From: an uncultured bacterium
GTDB lineage: Bacteria > Pseudomonadota > Gammaproteobacteria > Burkholderiales > SG8-39
Direction: 5' to 3'
Assembly: GCA_965233165.1 (NCBI GenBank)
Contig: CBDDRX010000041.1
Coordinates: forward strand, 232-64,231
Length of the DNA stretch: 64,000 nucleotides
Position numbers and translations under genes: made by a program. How positions within the stretch are numbered: position 1 is the stretch's first letter; every line of letters starts with the position of its first letter. Below are positions 1-11,919 of this stretch, piece after piece. The notes under the pieces are model-generated. The model had not been told where the DNA came from and did no database searches. It worked only from the letters and a program-made list of their open reading frames with translations.

Positions 1-534
1 GGCCGCCTGCGCGAGGCGGGCTTCGCGGCGCCGGTCGTGAGCGTGGGCTCCACGCCGACGGCGCATTTCGCCGCGCGGCTCGACGGTGTCACCGAGGTGC
101 GCGCCGGCGTCTTCGTCTTCTTCGACCTGGTCATGGCCGGGATCGGCGTCTGCCGGCCGGAAGACATCGCGCTTTCGGTCCTCGCCACCGTGAACGGCCA
201 TCGTCCCGACAAGGGCTGGATCCTCATCGATGCCGGGTGGATGGCGCTTTCGCGCGATCGCGGCACGGCGAAGCAGCCGGTGGACCAGGGCTACGGCGTC
301 GTCTGCGACCTCGACGGCCGTATCCTTCCGGACCTCATCGTGCACAGCGCCCACCAGGAGCACGGCATCATCGTGCATCGCCGCGGCAAAGAGCTGCCCG
401 ATCTCCCTGTGGGAACGCGCGTCCGCATCCTCCCCAACCACGCCTGCGCCACCGGCGCCCAGCACTCCGGTTATCACGTGGTCGAAGGCGGCACCGAGGT
501 GCACGCCTTCTGGGACCGATTCTCCGGCTGGTAG
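1..534 (+). CDS. D-serine / D-threo-3-hydroxyaspartate dehydratase-like PLP enzyme, C-terminal part (5' end outside window)
   Basis: The frame is open from base 1 to TAG at 532-534. The C-terminal motif RVRILPNHACATGA (PNHAC) is typical of metal-activated fold-type III PLP dehydratases. Third codon positions are G/C-rich. Confidence 0.6.
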   Translation, partial: GRLREAGFAAPVVSVGSTPTAHFAARLDGVTEVRAGVFVFFDLVMAGIGVCRPEDIALSVLATVNGHRPDKGWILIDAGWMALSRDRGTAKQPVDQGYGVVCDLDGRILPDLIVHSAHQEHGIIVHRRGKELPDLPVGTRVRILPNHACATGAQHSGYHVVEGGTEVHAFWDRFSGW

Positions 535-916
535 CTTGGCGATCGGACGGAAAGCAAAGCGCGTCAAGAATCGTAAGGGCAGTTTGCCGCGTCCTCGCCG
601 CGCGGGTAGCGTGTCGGGCAGGGGGATGCGGGTGTACGACGTGCATGTATTCCTCGCCACGGGCGAGGCGAAGGCGAAGAACGATTTCGGATGCCGGGAG
701 GGCGACCTGCATTCGCTGCTCGTCTTCAGCCGCCAGCCCGCAGGCGCTTCCCCGGACGAAGCCCTCGCGCGCAAGGGCGCGGCGTTCGCCGGCTGGAAGC
801 GCGTCAAGCTCGAGCGCGCGCGGATGCTGGCGGCAGCGCCGCAGGAGGCGACGCTGCGCGCCGCCTACGACGATGCGCTGGCGCTGGGCTGCTCGGTGGT
901 CGCGGACCGGCGCGCG

Positions 917-3019
<2,103 letters not shown>

Positions 3020-3020
3020 C

Positions 3021-3728
3021 CTGAACGCCATTGCCCCGGGCGAGCGCCTGATCGTCGCCCTCGACGTGCCCACGGCGCAGGAGGCCCGCGCGCTGGTCGA
3101 GCGCCTGGGCGACGCGGTGCGCTTCTACAAGGTCGGGCTGGAGCTGTTCTCCGCGGGCGGCTATTTCGAGCTCATCGAATGGCTTGCCGGCCGCGGCTGC
3201 AAGGTCTTCGCGGATCTCAAGCTCTACGATATCCCGGAAACGGTGCGTCGCGCCGTGGCAAACCTGCGCTCGAGCGGCGCGACGTTTTTGACCGTGCACG
3301 GCCACCGCTCCGTGATGGAGGCGGCTGCGGCGGAGAAGGGCGGCCTGAAGATCCTCGCCGTCACCGTGCTCACGAGCTTCGACCAGCGCGACCTGGAGGA
3401 GATGGGCGCGACGCGCTCCGTCGAGGAGCTCGTCCTCGCGCGCGCGAAGGGCGCGGCGGAAAGCGGTTGCGACGGGGTCATCGCCTCGGGCATGGAAGCG
3501 CCGGCGCTCAAGAAGGCGTTCGGCGACCGGCTCCTCGTCGTCACGCCCGGGATCCGGCCGGTGGAGGGCCGCGCTTCGGACGACCAGAAGCGCGCCGTGG
3601 ATGCCGCCCAGGCCTTCGCGAACGGCGCCGACTACATCGTGGTCGGGCGTCCGGTCCGCCAGGCCGCGGATCCGCGCGCCGCCGCGCTCGCCCTGCAGGC
3701 CACCATCAGCTCCGCTTTTCCGAAGTAA
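3021..3728 (+). CDS. pyrF: orotidine 5'-phosphate decarboxylase
   Basis: Motifs: LIVALDV, FYKVGLELF, FADLKLYDIPETV, IVVGRPV. There is no in-frame ATG/GTG near the N-terminus, so the start is called at CTG 3021 (ATA 3012 alternative), just after the yihY stop. The start is uncertain. Confidence 0.88.
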   Translation: MNAIAPGERLIVALDVPTAQEARALVERLGDAVRFYKVGLELFSAGGYFELIEWLAGRGCKVFADLKLYDIPETVRRAVANLRSSGATFLTVHGHRSVMEAAAAEKGGLKILAVTVLTSFDQRDLEEMGATRSVEELVLARAKGAAESGCDGVIASGMEAPALKKAFGDRLLVVTPGIRPVEGRASDDQKRAVDAAQAFANGADYIVVGRPVRQAADPRAAALALQATISSAFPK

Positions 3729-3999
3729 CGGAGAATTCCCGCAGCAGCCGCGCGAGGAGCTCCACGTGCGGCTGCATGACCCCGTGGAAGAGAACCTGCC
3801 CGTCGCGCTCGATGCGCAGCGTGGGAAAGTTCTCGACCTCGAGGTCGCCGACCCGCTCGGCGTCGTACTCCACGTCGAGCCAGGCGAATTCGGCCTCCGG
3901 GAAGCGCCCGGCGAGGCTGAAGAAGGGCGTGCGGTAGTCGCGGCAGGTGGCGCACCATTCGGCGCAAAGGCACGTCACGATCATGCCCGCATTGTCCAC
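3706..3999 (-). CDS. thioredoxin-like protein
   Basis: 97 aa with a CxxC redox motif in thioredoxin context (CAEWCATCRDY) and NFPTL. The 3' end overlaps pyrF by 23 nt (convergent). Confidence 0.75.
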   Translation of the reverse strand: MDNAGMIVTCLCAEWCATCRDYRTPFFSLAGRFPEAEFAWLDVEYDAERVGDLEVENFPTLRIERDGQVLFHGVMQPHVELLARLLREFSVTSEKRS

Positions 4000-4081
4000 T
4001 CAACCCCTGTAGCGGGGTCACTACATGAAGTTAAGGCGATCAGCGATAGCCGCGTCGTGCGCCGGTGCCTAGGCTTTTCCC

Positions 4082-5515
4082 GTGGACCTTTCCCGACCGC
4101 TCGGCGCCCTGTTCATCGCCCCGGAGTGCGCGCCGCTCACCAAGACCGGCGGGCTGGGCGATGTCTGTGCCGCGCTGCCGCCGGCGCTGCGCGCTCTCGG
4201 CATCGACGTCCGTGTCCTCCTTCCCGGCTACGGCGAAGTGCTGGAGAGCCTACGCGCCCGGGAGCTGTTCCGCGGGGTGCTCCTGGGCAGCGAAGTCCGC
4301 CTGCTGGAAGGCGAGCTTCCGGGCGGCCTGCCCGCGTTCGTGGTGGACAGCCCGGCGCTGTACGTGCGCCCCGGGGGCCCCTACGTCTGCGCCCAGGGCG
4401 AGGACTGGCCCGACAACGCGCTGCGGTTCGGCGTGCTCTCGAGGATGGCGGCGCTGCTCGCCGGGAAGCAGTCACCGCTCCCCTGGCGTCCCGACCTCGT
4501 GCATTGCAACGACTGGCCAGGCGCGCCGGCAGCGGCTTTCCTGCGCTTCGATGCGTCCCCCGCCGCGAGCCTGGTGACGATCCACAACCTCGCCTTCCAG
4601 GGGCTGTTCGAGCGCACGTGGGTGGAGCGCCTCGGCCTTCCCGCGCACAGCTATGCGTTCGACGGCGTGGAGTTCCACGGGCGGATGTCGTTCCTGAAAG
4701 CCGGGCTGTCGTACGCGGGCCGCATCAACACAGTGAGCCCGACGTACGCGCGGGAGATCCAGGCCCCGGAGCACGGTTGCGGCCTCGACGGGCTGCTCCG
4801 CCATCGGGCAGGGGTGCTATCGGGAATCCTGAACGGCATCGATACCGGGGCATGGAACCCCGCGACCGATCCGCATCTCGCGCAGCCTTACGACGCGGAT
4901 CACCTGGAGGGAAAGGCGGCGAACAAGGCGGCGTTGCAGCGGCGGCTCGGCCTCGCCGCCGACCCGGCCGTTCCGCTGTTCGGCCAAGTGGGGCGCATGA
5001 CGGAGCAGAAAGGCGTCGAGCTGCTGCTGCAGGCGGCCGGGTCGCTCGCTTCGCTCGGCCAGCTCGCGATCCTCGGCTCCGGCGACCGGCAGCTCGAGCA
5101 GGCGCTGGCGGAGCTCGCGCGCCGCCATCCGGGGCGCGTCGCCGTGCAGGTGGGGTTCGACGAGCGGCTCGCCCACCTCATCGAGGCCGGCGCCGACCTC
5201 TTCCTCATGCCTTCGCGCTACGAGCCCTGCGGGCTGAACCAGATGTACAGCCAGCGCTACGGCACGCCGCCGATCGTCCATGCCACCGGCGGCTTGGCCG
5301 ATACGGTGCAGGACGGATCGACCGGCTTCGCCTTCCGGGGCTTCACCGCCGCGGATCTCCTGGAAGCGGCGGGCCGTGCGCTGCGCTGCTATGCGCAGCC
5401 CGCAGCCTGGCGCGCCGTGCTGCGCGCCGGGATGCAGCGCGATTTCAGCTGGAATGCAGCCGCTCGTCGCTACGCAGATCTGTACCGGACGCTCGCCATG
5501 CGGGCGAAGGCCTGA
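4082..5515 (+). CDS. glgA: glycogen synthase (ADP-glucose type)
   Basis: 477 aa, GTG start. Motifs: N-terminal APECAPLTKTGGLGDV (KTGGL) and C-terminal PSRYEPCGLNQMY. Confidence 0.92.
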   Translation: MDLSRPLGALFIAPECAPLTKTGGLGDVCAALPPALRALGIDVRVLLPGYGEVLESLRARELFRGVLLGSEVRLLEGELPGGLPAFVVDSPALYVRPGGPYVCAQGEDWPDNALRFGVLSRMAALLAGKQSPLPWRPDLVHCNDWPGAPAAAFLRFDASPAASLVTIHNLAFQGLFERTWVERLGLPAHSYAFDGVEFHGRMSFLKAGLSYAGRINTVSPTYAREIQAPEHGCGLDGLLRHRAGVLSGILNGIDTGAWNPATDPHLAQPYDADHLEGKAANKAALQRRLGLAADPAVPLFGQVGRMTEQKGVELLLQAAGSLASLGQLAILGSGDRQLEQALAELARRHPGRVAVQVGFDERLAHLIEAGADLFLMPSRYEPCGLNQMYSQRYGTPPIVHATGGLADTVQDGSTGFAFRGFTAADLLEAAGRALRCYAQPAAWRAVLRAGMQRDFSWNAAARRYADLYRTLAMRAKA

Positions 5516-6455
5516 GCGCCGGCGCCAGGGGGGCGCTGCGCTCCTGCCAGTGGCGCAGCTTCGCGAGCAGCGCCGCATCGTGCTCGCCCCGGATCGGCCA
5601 GCGGCGGTTCCACAGGTTGAAGCGCGGGCGCTGTCCGGCGGCGTCCTGCTGCGCCGCGGCGAGCGCGGCGAGCGTGCCGACGTCGCGCCAGTACGACCGC
5701 TCCTCGTGCTCCTGCACGCCCGGAACCTGGTTGCGCGCCAGGTCGTACGCGTAGACGCGCGAGGTCGCGGCGATGCGCGGCAGCACGTCGCGGCCGAAAT
5801 CGGTCTCGCCCAGCCGGCGTCCCTCGCGCAGCACCCGCTCGAGCGTCGCCGGCTCGAACAGGTAGTTGCCCATGGACGCGTACGCGCGGCCGGGGCTGCC
5901 CGGAATGTGCGGCGCAAACCGGGGCTTCTCGCGGAACTCGCGCACCCGGCCATCCGGCGCCGTCGAGACGATGCCGAAGGACGAGGCCTGCTCGACCGGG
6001 ACCGACACGGCGGCGACGGTCGCCTGGGCATCCTGCTCGAGATGGAAGGCGACCATCTGGCGGACATCCATCCGGTACACATGGTCGGCCGCGAAGACGG
6101 CGACCAGGTCGGGCTGGTGCGCCTGCACGAGGTCGAGGTACTGGTACACCGCGTCGGCGGTGCCCTTGAAGTGCCCGCCCAGCGTGTTGGCGCGCGGCAG
6201 CAGCGTCTTGATCACGCCCTGGCCGTCGGCGAGCCAGGGTGCCCAAGCCGACTCGACGTGCGCGATCAGCGAGGCGGGCTTGTACTGCGCCAGGACGTAG
6301 ATCGTGGAGATGCGCGAGTTGACCAGATTGCTCAGCACGAAATCGATGATGCGGTAGCCGTTGGCGAACGGCAGGGCCGGCTTCGCATGCTCGGCCGTGA
6401 GCGGATGCAGGCGCGTGCCTTCACCTCCGGCCAGAACGAGAGCGACGATTTTCAT
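5445..6455 (-). CDS. glgC: glucose-1-phosphate adenylyltransferase-like, catalytic domain only (C-terminal LbH domain absent)
   Basis: 336 aa. N-terminal LAGGEGTRLHPLT, FKGTADAV and YWRDVGT align with GlgC. The ORF ends about 60 aa after WPIRG, and its tail lies antisense to the 3' end of glgA. Confidence 0.85.
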   Translation of the reverse strand: MKIVALVLAGGEGTRLHPLTAEHAKPALPFANGYRIIDFVLSNLVNSRISTIYVLAQYKPASLIAHVESAWAPWLADGQGVIKTLLPRANTLGGHFKGTADAVYQYLDLVQAHQPDLVAVFAADHVYRMDVRQMVAFHLEQDAQATVAAVSVPVEQASSFGIVSTAPDGRVREFREKPRFAPHIPGSPGRAYASMGNYLFEPATLERVLREGRRLGETDFGRDVLPRIAATSRVYAYDLARNQVPGVQEHEERSYWRDVGTLAALAAAQQDAAGQRPRFNLWNRRWPIRGEHDAALLAKLRHWQERSAPLAPALRPSPAWRASGTDLRSDERLHSS

Positions 6456-6685
6456 GAGGGCGGTGCCTTTCCTGGACGAACTTGTTTAGTCGGGGAGCTA
6501 CGTCGCGGATGTTAGGGACGGGTAGCAATCCCGACTATCGGCGGGACTTGATTCCTTGCGTAGCGACCAGCCCACCGCGCGTAGCGCGATTGCGACAGCA
6601 GAATCAAGTCGCGGCGATATCGCTGCTGCGGCGCGGCACCTAACATTTTTTCCCCCGCCTGCAGCACTCCCCCGGAGGCTCTTCC

Positions 6686-7312
6686 ATGGGCAAGAAGCAG
6701 AAATCCCTGGCCGCATCCGCGCTCCTCGCCGCCGCCGCGGCGCTGTTCGTTCTCGGAACCGGGACCGCGAGGGCGCCCGGAACGCCCCTCGCGTGCGTGC
6801 TTCCGGCGGAAGAGGCGCTGCAGGAGCCCGAAGCGCAGCCGCTGGACGCCGGCCAGCGCGCGCTGGCCGACTTCCTTGCGCGGCGCTTCCAGGTCGCCGG
6901 CGAGGCCACCGCGACGATCGTGTCTGCGGCCTACGAGGCGGCCGGCGAAGCGGGCCTCGATCCGCTGCTCGTGCTGGCGGTGATCTCGATCGAGTCGCGC
7001 TTCAACCCGCTCGCGCAAAGCGGCATGGGCGCGAAGGGCCTGATGCAGATCATTCCCCGGTTCCATCGCGACAAGCTCGCCGAGCATGGCGGCGACCATG
7101 CGGTCCTCGACCCGCAGAGCAATATCCGGGTCGGCACGCAGATCCTCCAGGAGTACATCCACCGCAAGGGCACCCTGGAGGCCGGCCTGCAGTTCTACAA
7201 CGGGGCGAGCCGCGACGCGTCCGCCCAGTACGCGCAGAAGGTCATGGCCGAGCGCCTGCGCCTGGAGGCCACGTTGCGCGCGGCGCTGCGGCGGGGCACG
7301 CATCCGGCTTAA
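6686..7312 (+). CDS. lytic transglycosylase (SLT domain), exported
   Basis: 208 aa with a signal peptide (AAAALFVLGTGTARA) and the SLT catalytic region ISIESRFNPLAQSGMGAKGLMQI. Confidence 0.8.
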   Translation: MGKKQKSLAASALLAAAAALFVLGTGTARAPGTPLACVLPAEEALQEPEAQPLDAGQRALADFLARRFQVAGEATATIVSAAYEAAGEAGLDPLLVLAVISIESRFNPLAQSGMGAKGLMQIIPRFHRDKLAEHGGDHAVLDPQSNIRVGTQILQEYIHRKGTLEAGLQFYNGASRDASAQYAQKVMAERLRLEATLRAALRRGTHPA

Positions 7313-7321
7313 GCTCGGGGG

Positions 7322-9283
7322 GTGGAAGCGCCGGCCCGTGCCATCGTTGCGCCTCATGCCGTCCGCCGCGGGCGGCCATATCCCCTTGGCGCGACCTGGG
7401 ACGGATCCGGCGTCAACTTCGCGCTGCATTCGCGGCACGCCGAGCGCGTCGAGCTGTGCCTGTTCGACGCGAAGGGCCGCCGCGAGATCGAGCGGGTGGC
7501 GCTCGCCGAGCGCACCGACTTCACCTGGCACGGCTACCTGCCGGAGGCGCGCCCCGGGCTTCTCTATGCCTATCGCGTCCATGGGCCCGCCGGCCCGCAG
7601 CACCGCTTCAATCCGCATCGCACGCTGCTCGACCCGTACGCGCGCATGGTGGCCGGCGCGGTCTCTTCCGGCGCCGGGCGCTGCGTCGTGGTGGACTCCG
7701 CCTTCAGCTGGGACGACGATCGCCCGCCGCGCGTGCCTTGGGAAGACACGCTCATCTACGAGGCGCACGCGAAGGGGCTGACCTTCCGCCATCCCGACGT
7801 GCCGGCGCAGCTGCGCGGGACCTATGCGGGCCTGGCGAGCGCGCCCGTGGTCGAGCACCTGCGGTCCCTCGGCGTCACCGCCTTGCAGCTCCTTCCCATC
7901 CAGACGTTCGTGGACGACCGGCGCCTGCTCCAGGCCGGCCTGCGCAACTACTGGGGCTACAACAGCATCGGCTTCTTCGCGCCGGACCTGCGCTACAGCG
8001 CGACCGGCACGCTCGGCGAGTTCAAGACGATGGTGAAGACGCTGCATGCCGCCGGCATCGAGCTGCTCCTCGACGTCGTGTACAACCACACCGGCGAAGG
8101 CGACCACCGCGGCCCGACGCTTTCCTTCCGCGGCATCGACAACGCCCTGTACTACCGCCTGCGCGCCGACAACCCGCAGCACTACCTCGACTGGACCGGT
8201 ACCGGGAATACGCTGGATGTCTCCCAGCCCGCGGTGCTGCAGCTCGTCCTCGACAGCCTGCGCTACTGGGTGACCGAGATGCACGTGGACGGCTTCCGCT
8301 TCGACCTTGCGACCACGCTCGCGCGCGACGCGGCCGGCCATTTCGATCCGCGCGGCGCGTTCCTGAGCGCGGTGCGGCAGGACCCGGTGCTCTCGCAGGT
8401 GAAGCTCATCGCCGAGCCCTGGGACCTCGGCCCGGGCGGCTATCGGACCGGCGGCTTCCCCGGCGGCTGGTCGGAGTGGAACGACCGGTATCGCGATACG
8501 GTGCGTGCGTACTGGAAGGGCGACGAAGGCCGGATCGGCGAGCTCGCGGCGCGCCTGTCCGGATCGCCCGACCTGTTCGAAGGCGGCGGGCGCGCGCCGT
8601 GCGCGAGCGTCAACTTCGTCACCGCGCACGACGGCTTCACGCTCGAGGACCTGGTGAGCTACGGCGCGAAGCGCAACGAGGCGAACCTCGAGGGCAACCG
8701 CGACGGATCGGACCACAACATCAGCTGGAACTGCGGCGCCGAGGGGCCGAGCGCGGATCCGGCGGTCCGGCTCCTGCGGGAGAGGATGAAGAGGAATCTG
8801 CTGGCGACGCTTTTCTTCTCGCGCGGCGTGCCGATGCTGCTTGCGGGCGACGAGCTGGGCCGCACGCAGGGCGGCAACAACAACGCGTACTGCCAGGACA
8901 ATGAGATCTCATGGCTCGACTGGGAGCTCGACGGCCCGGGCCGGGCGCTGCTGGGCTTCGCGCGCCGGCTTTCGGCGCTGCGCAGGGGCCATGCGGCATT
9001 CCGGCCCCGCAAGTACGAGCCGGACATCGTCTGGCTCACGCCGCATGGAGGGGAGATGGCCGAGGCCGACTGGAACCTGCCGTTCGCGCGCTGCCTCGGC
9101 GCGCAGCTCGGGCAGGAGCTGCTGCTCCTGCTGAACGCGCACGACGGCGATATCCCGTTCGCCTTGCCCGAAGGGGCGTGGTCGCCGGCGCTGGACACCG
9201 CGGGCGAGGCGGAGCAGATCTTCGCCGGCACCTACCTGCTGCAGTCCCGCTCGCTGGCGCTGCACGTCAGACCCAGGTCGTGA
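7322..9283 (+). CDS. glgX: glycogen debranching enzyme
   Basis: 653 aa, GTG start. GH13 motifs: YWGYN, LDVVYNHT, GFRFDLA, AEPWD, NFVTAHDGFTL. Confidence 0.9.
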   Translation: MEAPARAIVAPHAVRRGRPYPLGATWDGSGVNFALHSRHAERVELCLFDAKGRREIERVALAERTDFTWHGYLPEARPGLLYAYRVHGPAGPQHRFNPHRTLLDPYARMVAGAVSSGAGRCVVVDSAFSWDDDRPPRVPWEDTLIYEAHAKGLTFRHPDVPAQLRGTYAGLASAPVVEHLRSLGVTALQLLPIQTFVDDRRLLQAGLRNYWGYNSIGFFAPDLRYSATGTLGEFKTMVKTLHAAGIELLLDVVYNHTGEGDHRGPTLSFRGIDNALYYRLRADNPQHYLDWTGTGNTLDVSQPAVLQLVLDSLRYWVTEMHVDGFRFDLATTLARDAAGHFDPRGAFLSAVRQDPVLSQVKLIAEPWDLGPGGYRTGGFPGGWSEWNDRYRDTVRAYWKGDEGRIGELAARLSGSPDLFEGGGRAPCASVNFVTAHDGFTLEDLVSYGAKRNEANLEGNRDGSDHNISWNCGAEGPSADPAVRLLRERMKRNLLATLFFSRGVPMLLAGDELGRTQGGNNNAYCQDNEISWLDWELDGPGRALLGFARRLSALRRGHAAFRPRKYEPDIVWLTPHGGEMAEADWNLPFARCLGAQLGQELLLLLNAHDGDIPFALPEGAWSPALDTAGEAEQIFAGTYLLQSRSLALHVRPRS

Positions 9284-11810
9284 GCCCGAGCTCGAAGGGA
9301 TGCGTCAGCAGCTCGTGGCGCGGGTAGATGCGGATCCGGTAGTCGAGCTTGCCCGACAGGCCGGGCTTCAGGTCGAGGGCGAAGCGGTGCTCGTCGGCAT
9401 CGAGCGTCCCCGCCGGCGCGAGGTCGTGGCTGTGCACCTGGTCGCGCGGCTCGCGCGACAGGAGGAGCTCCACGTGCACGTCGGAAGGGGCGAGGCCGTT
9501 CAGCTTCACGGCCACCTCGACCGGAACGCTCTCGCCGTACCGGATCCGCTGGCGCGGCGCATCGAGGCGGCGCGCCAGCACGCCGGGCCAGGCGCTGCGC
9601 ACGCGCGCCTTCCATGCGGCGATGATCCGCGCCGGCTCGTAGCCTTGCTCGGCGTAGCGGTGGCACTGCCGTGAGGCGGGCAGGTAGAACCTGGAAACGT
9701 ACTCGCCGAGCATGCGCGAGGCGTCGTACTTGGGCAGCAGCGAGGCCATCGAGCGCTTCGCCATGTGCACCCACCCGGGCGAATAGCCGCCTTCCGGGCC
9801 GCGCGCGTAGTAGAGCGGGACGACCTCGTGCTGCAGGATCTCGTAGAGCGTGCGCGCTTCCTCGTGGTCGCGCCGGTGCGGGTCGAGCTCCGGCGAGGCG
9901 GGCTGGATCGCCCAGCCGTTCTCGCCGTCGTAGCCCTCGTCCCACCAGCCATCGAGGATCGACAGGTTGAGCACGCCGTTCATCCCCGCCTTCATGCCGG
10001 AAGTGCCCGAGGCCTCGAGCGGGTAGACCGGGTTGTTGAGCCAGACATCGACGCCGGAGACGAGGCGCCGCGCGATGTGCAGGTCGTAGCCCTCGATGAA
10101 CAGGATCTTGCCCTCGAACTCCTCCTGCCGCGCGATGTGCGCGAGCGTGCGGATCAGCTCCTGGCCCGGCTCATCGGCGGGATGCGCCTTGCCGGCGAAG
10201 AGGAAGAGGACCCGCCGCTCCGGGTCGCCGAGCAGGCGCCGCAGGTGGTCGAGGTTGTTGAGGAGCAGGGTCGCCCGCTTGTACGTGGCAAAGCGGCGCC
10301 CGAAGCCGATCGTGAGCACGTCCGGCTTGGCCGGATCGGCGAAGCGCAGCAGCCGCTCGAGGTGCGAGGTGCTGCCGTGGTTGCGCGCCTGCTGGTGCGC
10401 GAGCCGGTGGCGCACCATGTGGAACATGCGCGACTTCACGTCCTGGCGCACGGCCCAGAAGATGTGGTCGGGGATGGCGCGGACCTTCTCCCAGATGCCC
10501 GGGTAGCTCAGCCGGTGCATCCAGCCCACGCCGAGGTAGCGCTCCAGGACCTCGGCCCATTCGGGCGCGAGGAACGTGGTCACGTGCACGCCGTTGGTCA
10601 CGTAGCTCACCGGGTTTTCCTCCGGCGCGACCTGCGGCCAGAACTCCTTCAGCATGCGCGCCGAGACGCCGCCATGGATGCGCGAGACGCCGTTGTGGTA
10701 GCGCGAGCCGCGGATCGCGAGCGCCGTCATGTTGAAGTCGCCGCCCTGCGGCGGCCGGGCAAGGGCGGCGACGCGCTCCGCCGCGCCGAGCTCGGCGAAG
10801 CAGCTCTTCAAATACGGCAGGACGGTGTTGTCGGTGAACTGGTCATGGCCCGCCGGAACCGGGGTGTGGGTGGTGAAGACGGTGTTCGCCGCCACCGCCT
10901 CGAGGGCGCTCTCCAGGTCGAACCCGCCGGCGACGCGGGTGCGCACCCGCTCGAGGATGAGGAATGCCGCGTGGCCCTCGTTGATGTGCCACACCGTGGG
11001 CCGGATGCCCATCGCCTCGAAGGCGCGCACCCCGCCGACGCCGAGGACGATCTCCTGCTCGACGCGCGTGGTGCGATCGCCGCCATAGAGGCGATGGGTG
11101 ATGCCGCGGTCGCGCTCGTTGTTCTCGGGCAGGTCGGCGTCGAGCAGGTAGAGCCGCACGTGGCCGACCATCGCGAGCCACACCTTGACCTGCACCTTGC
11201 GGCCCGGAAAGTCGACGACGACCCGCATCTCCGAGCCGTCCTCGCGGCGCACCGGCCGGATCGGCAGGTCATCGAAGTCGGAATCGTAGTACTCGGCGCG
11301 CTGGCGGCCCTCGCCATCCACCGTCTGCACGAAATACCCCTGGCGGTACAGCAGGCCCATCGCGACGAAGGGCAGCTGGAAGTCGCTCGCCGCCTTGCAA
11401 TGGTCGCCGGCGAGGATGCCGAGGCCGCCGGAATAGGTCGGCAGGCTCTCGTGCACGCCGAACTCGGCGCAGAAGTACGCCACCACGTCCGCTTCGCGGA
11501 AGCCGCCGCCGTTCTGCTTGAAGGGCGGCTCGGCGTGGTAGGCGTCGAATGCCGAGAGCACGCGGTTCAGGCTGTCGAGGAACGCCGGATCGGCCGCCGC
11601 CTCGATCAGGCGCTGCTCGTCGACGCGCTTGAGCATGCCCTTGGGGCTGTGGCCCGTGGCGTCCCACAGGACGGGGTTGAGGCGCGCGAAGAGCGCGCGC
11701 GTCGGCCGGTCCCAGCTGTACCACAGGTTGGTCGCCAGCTCTTCAAGCCGGGCGAGGCGCTGTGGGATCCTTGGGTTGACTTCGAGGGTGTAGCGCGTAC
11801 CGGGGCGCAT
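9267..11810 (-). CDS. glgP: alpha-glucan (glycogen/maltodextrin) phosphorylase, GT35
   Basis: 847 aa. Motifs: SGGLGILAGDH and the PLP-lysine region EASGTSGMKAGMNG. Convergent 17-nt overlap with glgX. Confidence 0.92.
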   Translation of the reverse strand: MRPGTRYTLEVNPRIPQRLARLEELATNLWYSWDRPTRALFARLNPVLWDATGHSPKGMLKRVDEQRLIEAAADPAFLDSLNRVLSAFDAYHAEPPFKQNGGGFREADVVAYFCAEFGVHESLPTYSGGLGILAGDHCKAASDFQLPFVAMGLLYRQGYFVQTVDGEGRQRAEYYDSDFDDLPIRPVRREDGSEMRVVVDFPGRKVQVKVWLAMVGHVRLYLLDADLPENNERDRGITHRLYGGDRTTRVEQEIVLGVGGVRAFEAMGIRPTVWHINEGHAAFLILERVRTRVAGGFDLESALEAVAANTVFTTHTPVPAGHDQFTDNTVLPYLKSCFAELGAAERVAALARPPQGGDFNMTALAIRGSRYHNGVSRIHGGVSARMLKEFWPQVAPEENPVSYVTNGVHVTTFLAPEWAEVLERYLGVGWMHRLSYPGIWEKVRAIPDHIFWAVRQDVKSRMFHMVRHRLAHQQARNHGSTSHLERLLRFADPAKPDVLTIGFGRRFATYKRATLLLNNLDHLRRLLGDPERRVLFLFAGKAHPADEPGQELIRTLAHIARQEEFEGKILFIEGYDLHIARRLVSGVDVWLNNPVYPLEASGTSGMKAGMNGVLNLSILDGWWDEGYDGENGWAIQPASPELDPHRRDHEEARTLYEILQHEVVPLYYARGPEGGYSPGWVHMAKRSMASLLPKYDASRMLGEYVSRFYLPASRQCHRYAEQGYEPARIIAAWKARVRSAWPGVLARRLDAPRQRIRYGESVPVEVAVKLNGLAPSDVHVELLLSREPRDQVHSHDLAPAGTLDADEHRFALDLKPGLSGKLDYRIRIYPRHELLTHPFELGLTTWV

Positions 11811-11919
11811 CCAGCTCGATTTTTACCAGACGCCGGGGGAAGGCGCGACCCCCGGCGCGAAGTTGCCCTCGTGTAGTGGATTGACTACGGGCTACGGGCC
11901 GGCGTAGCGTGCATGGCGA

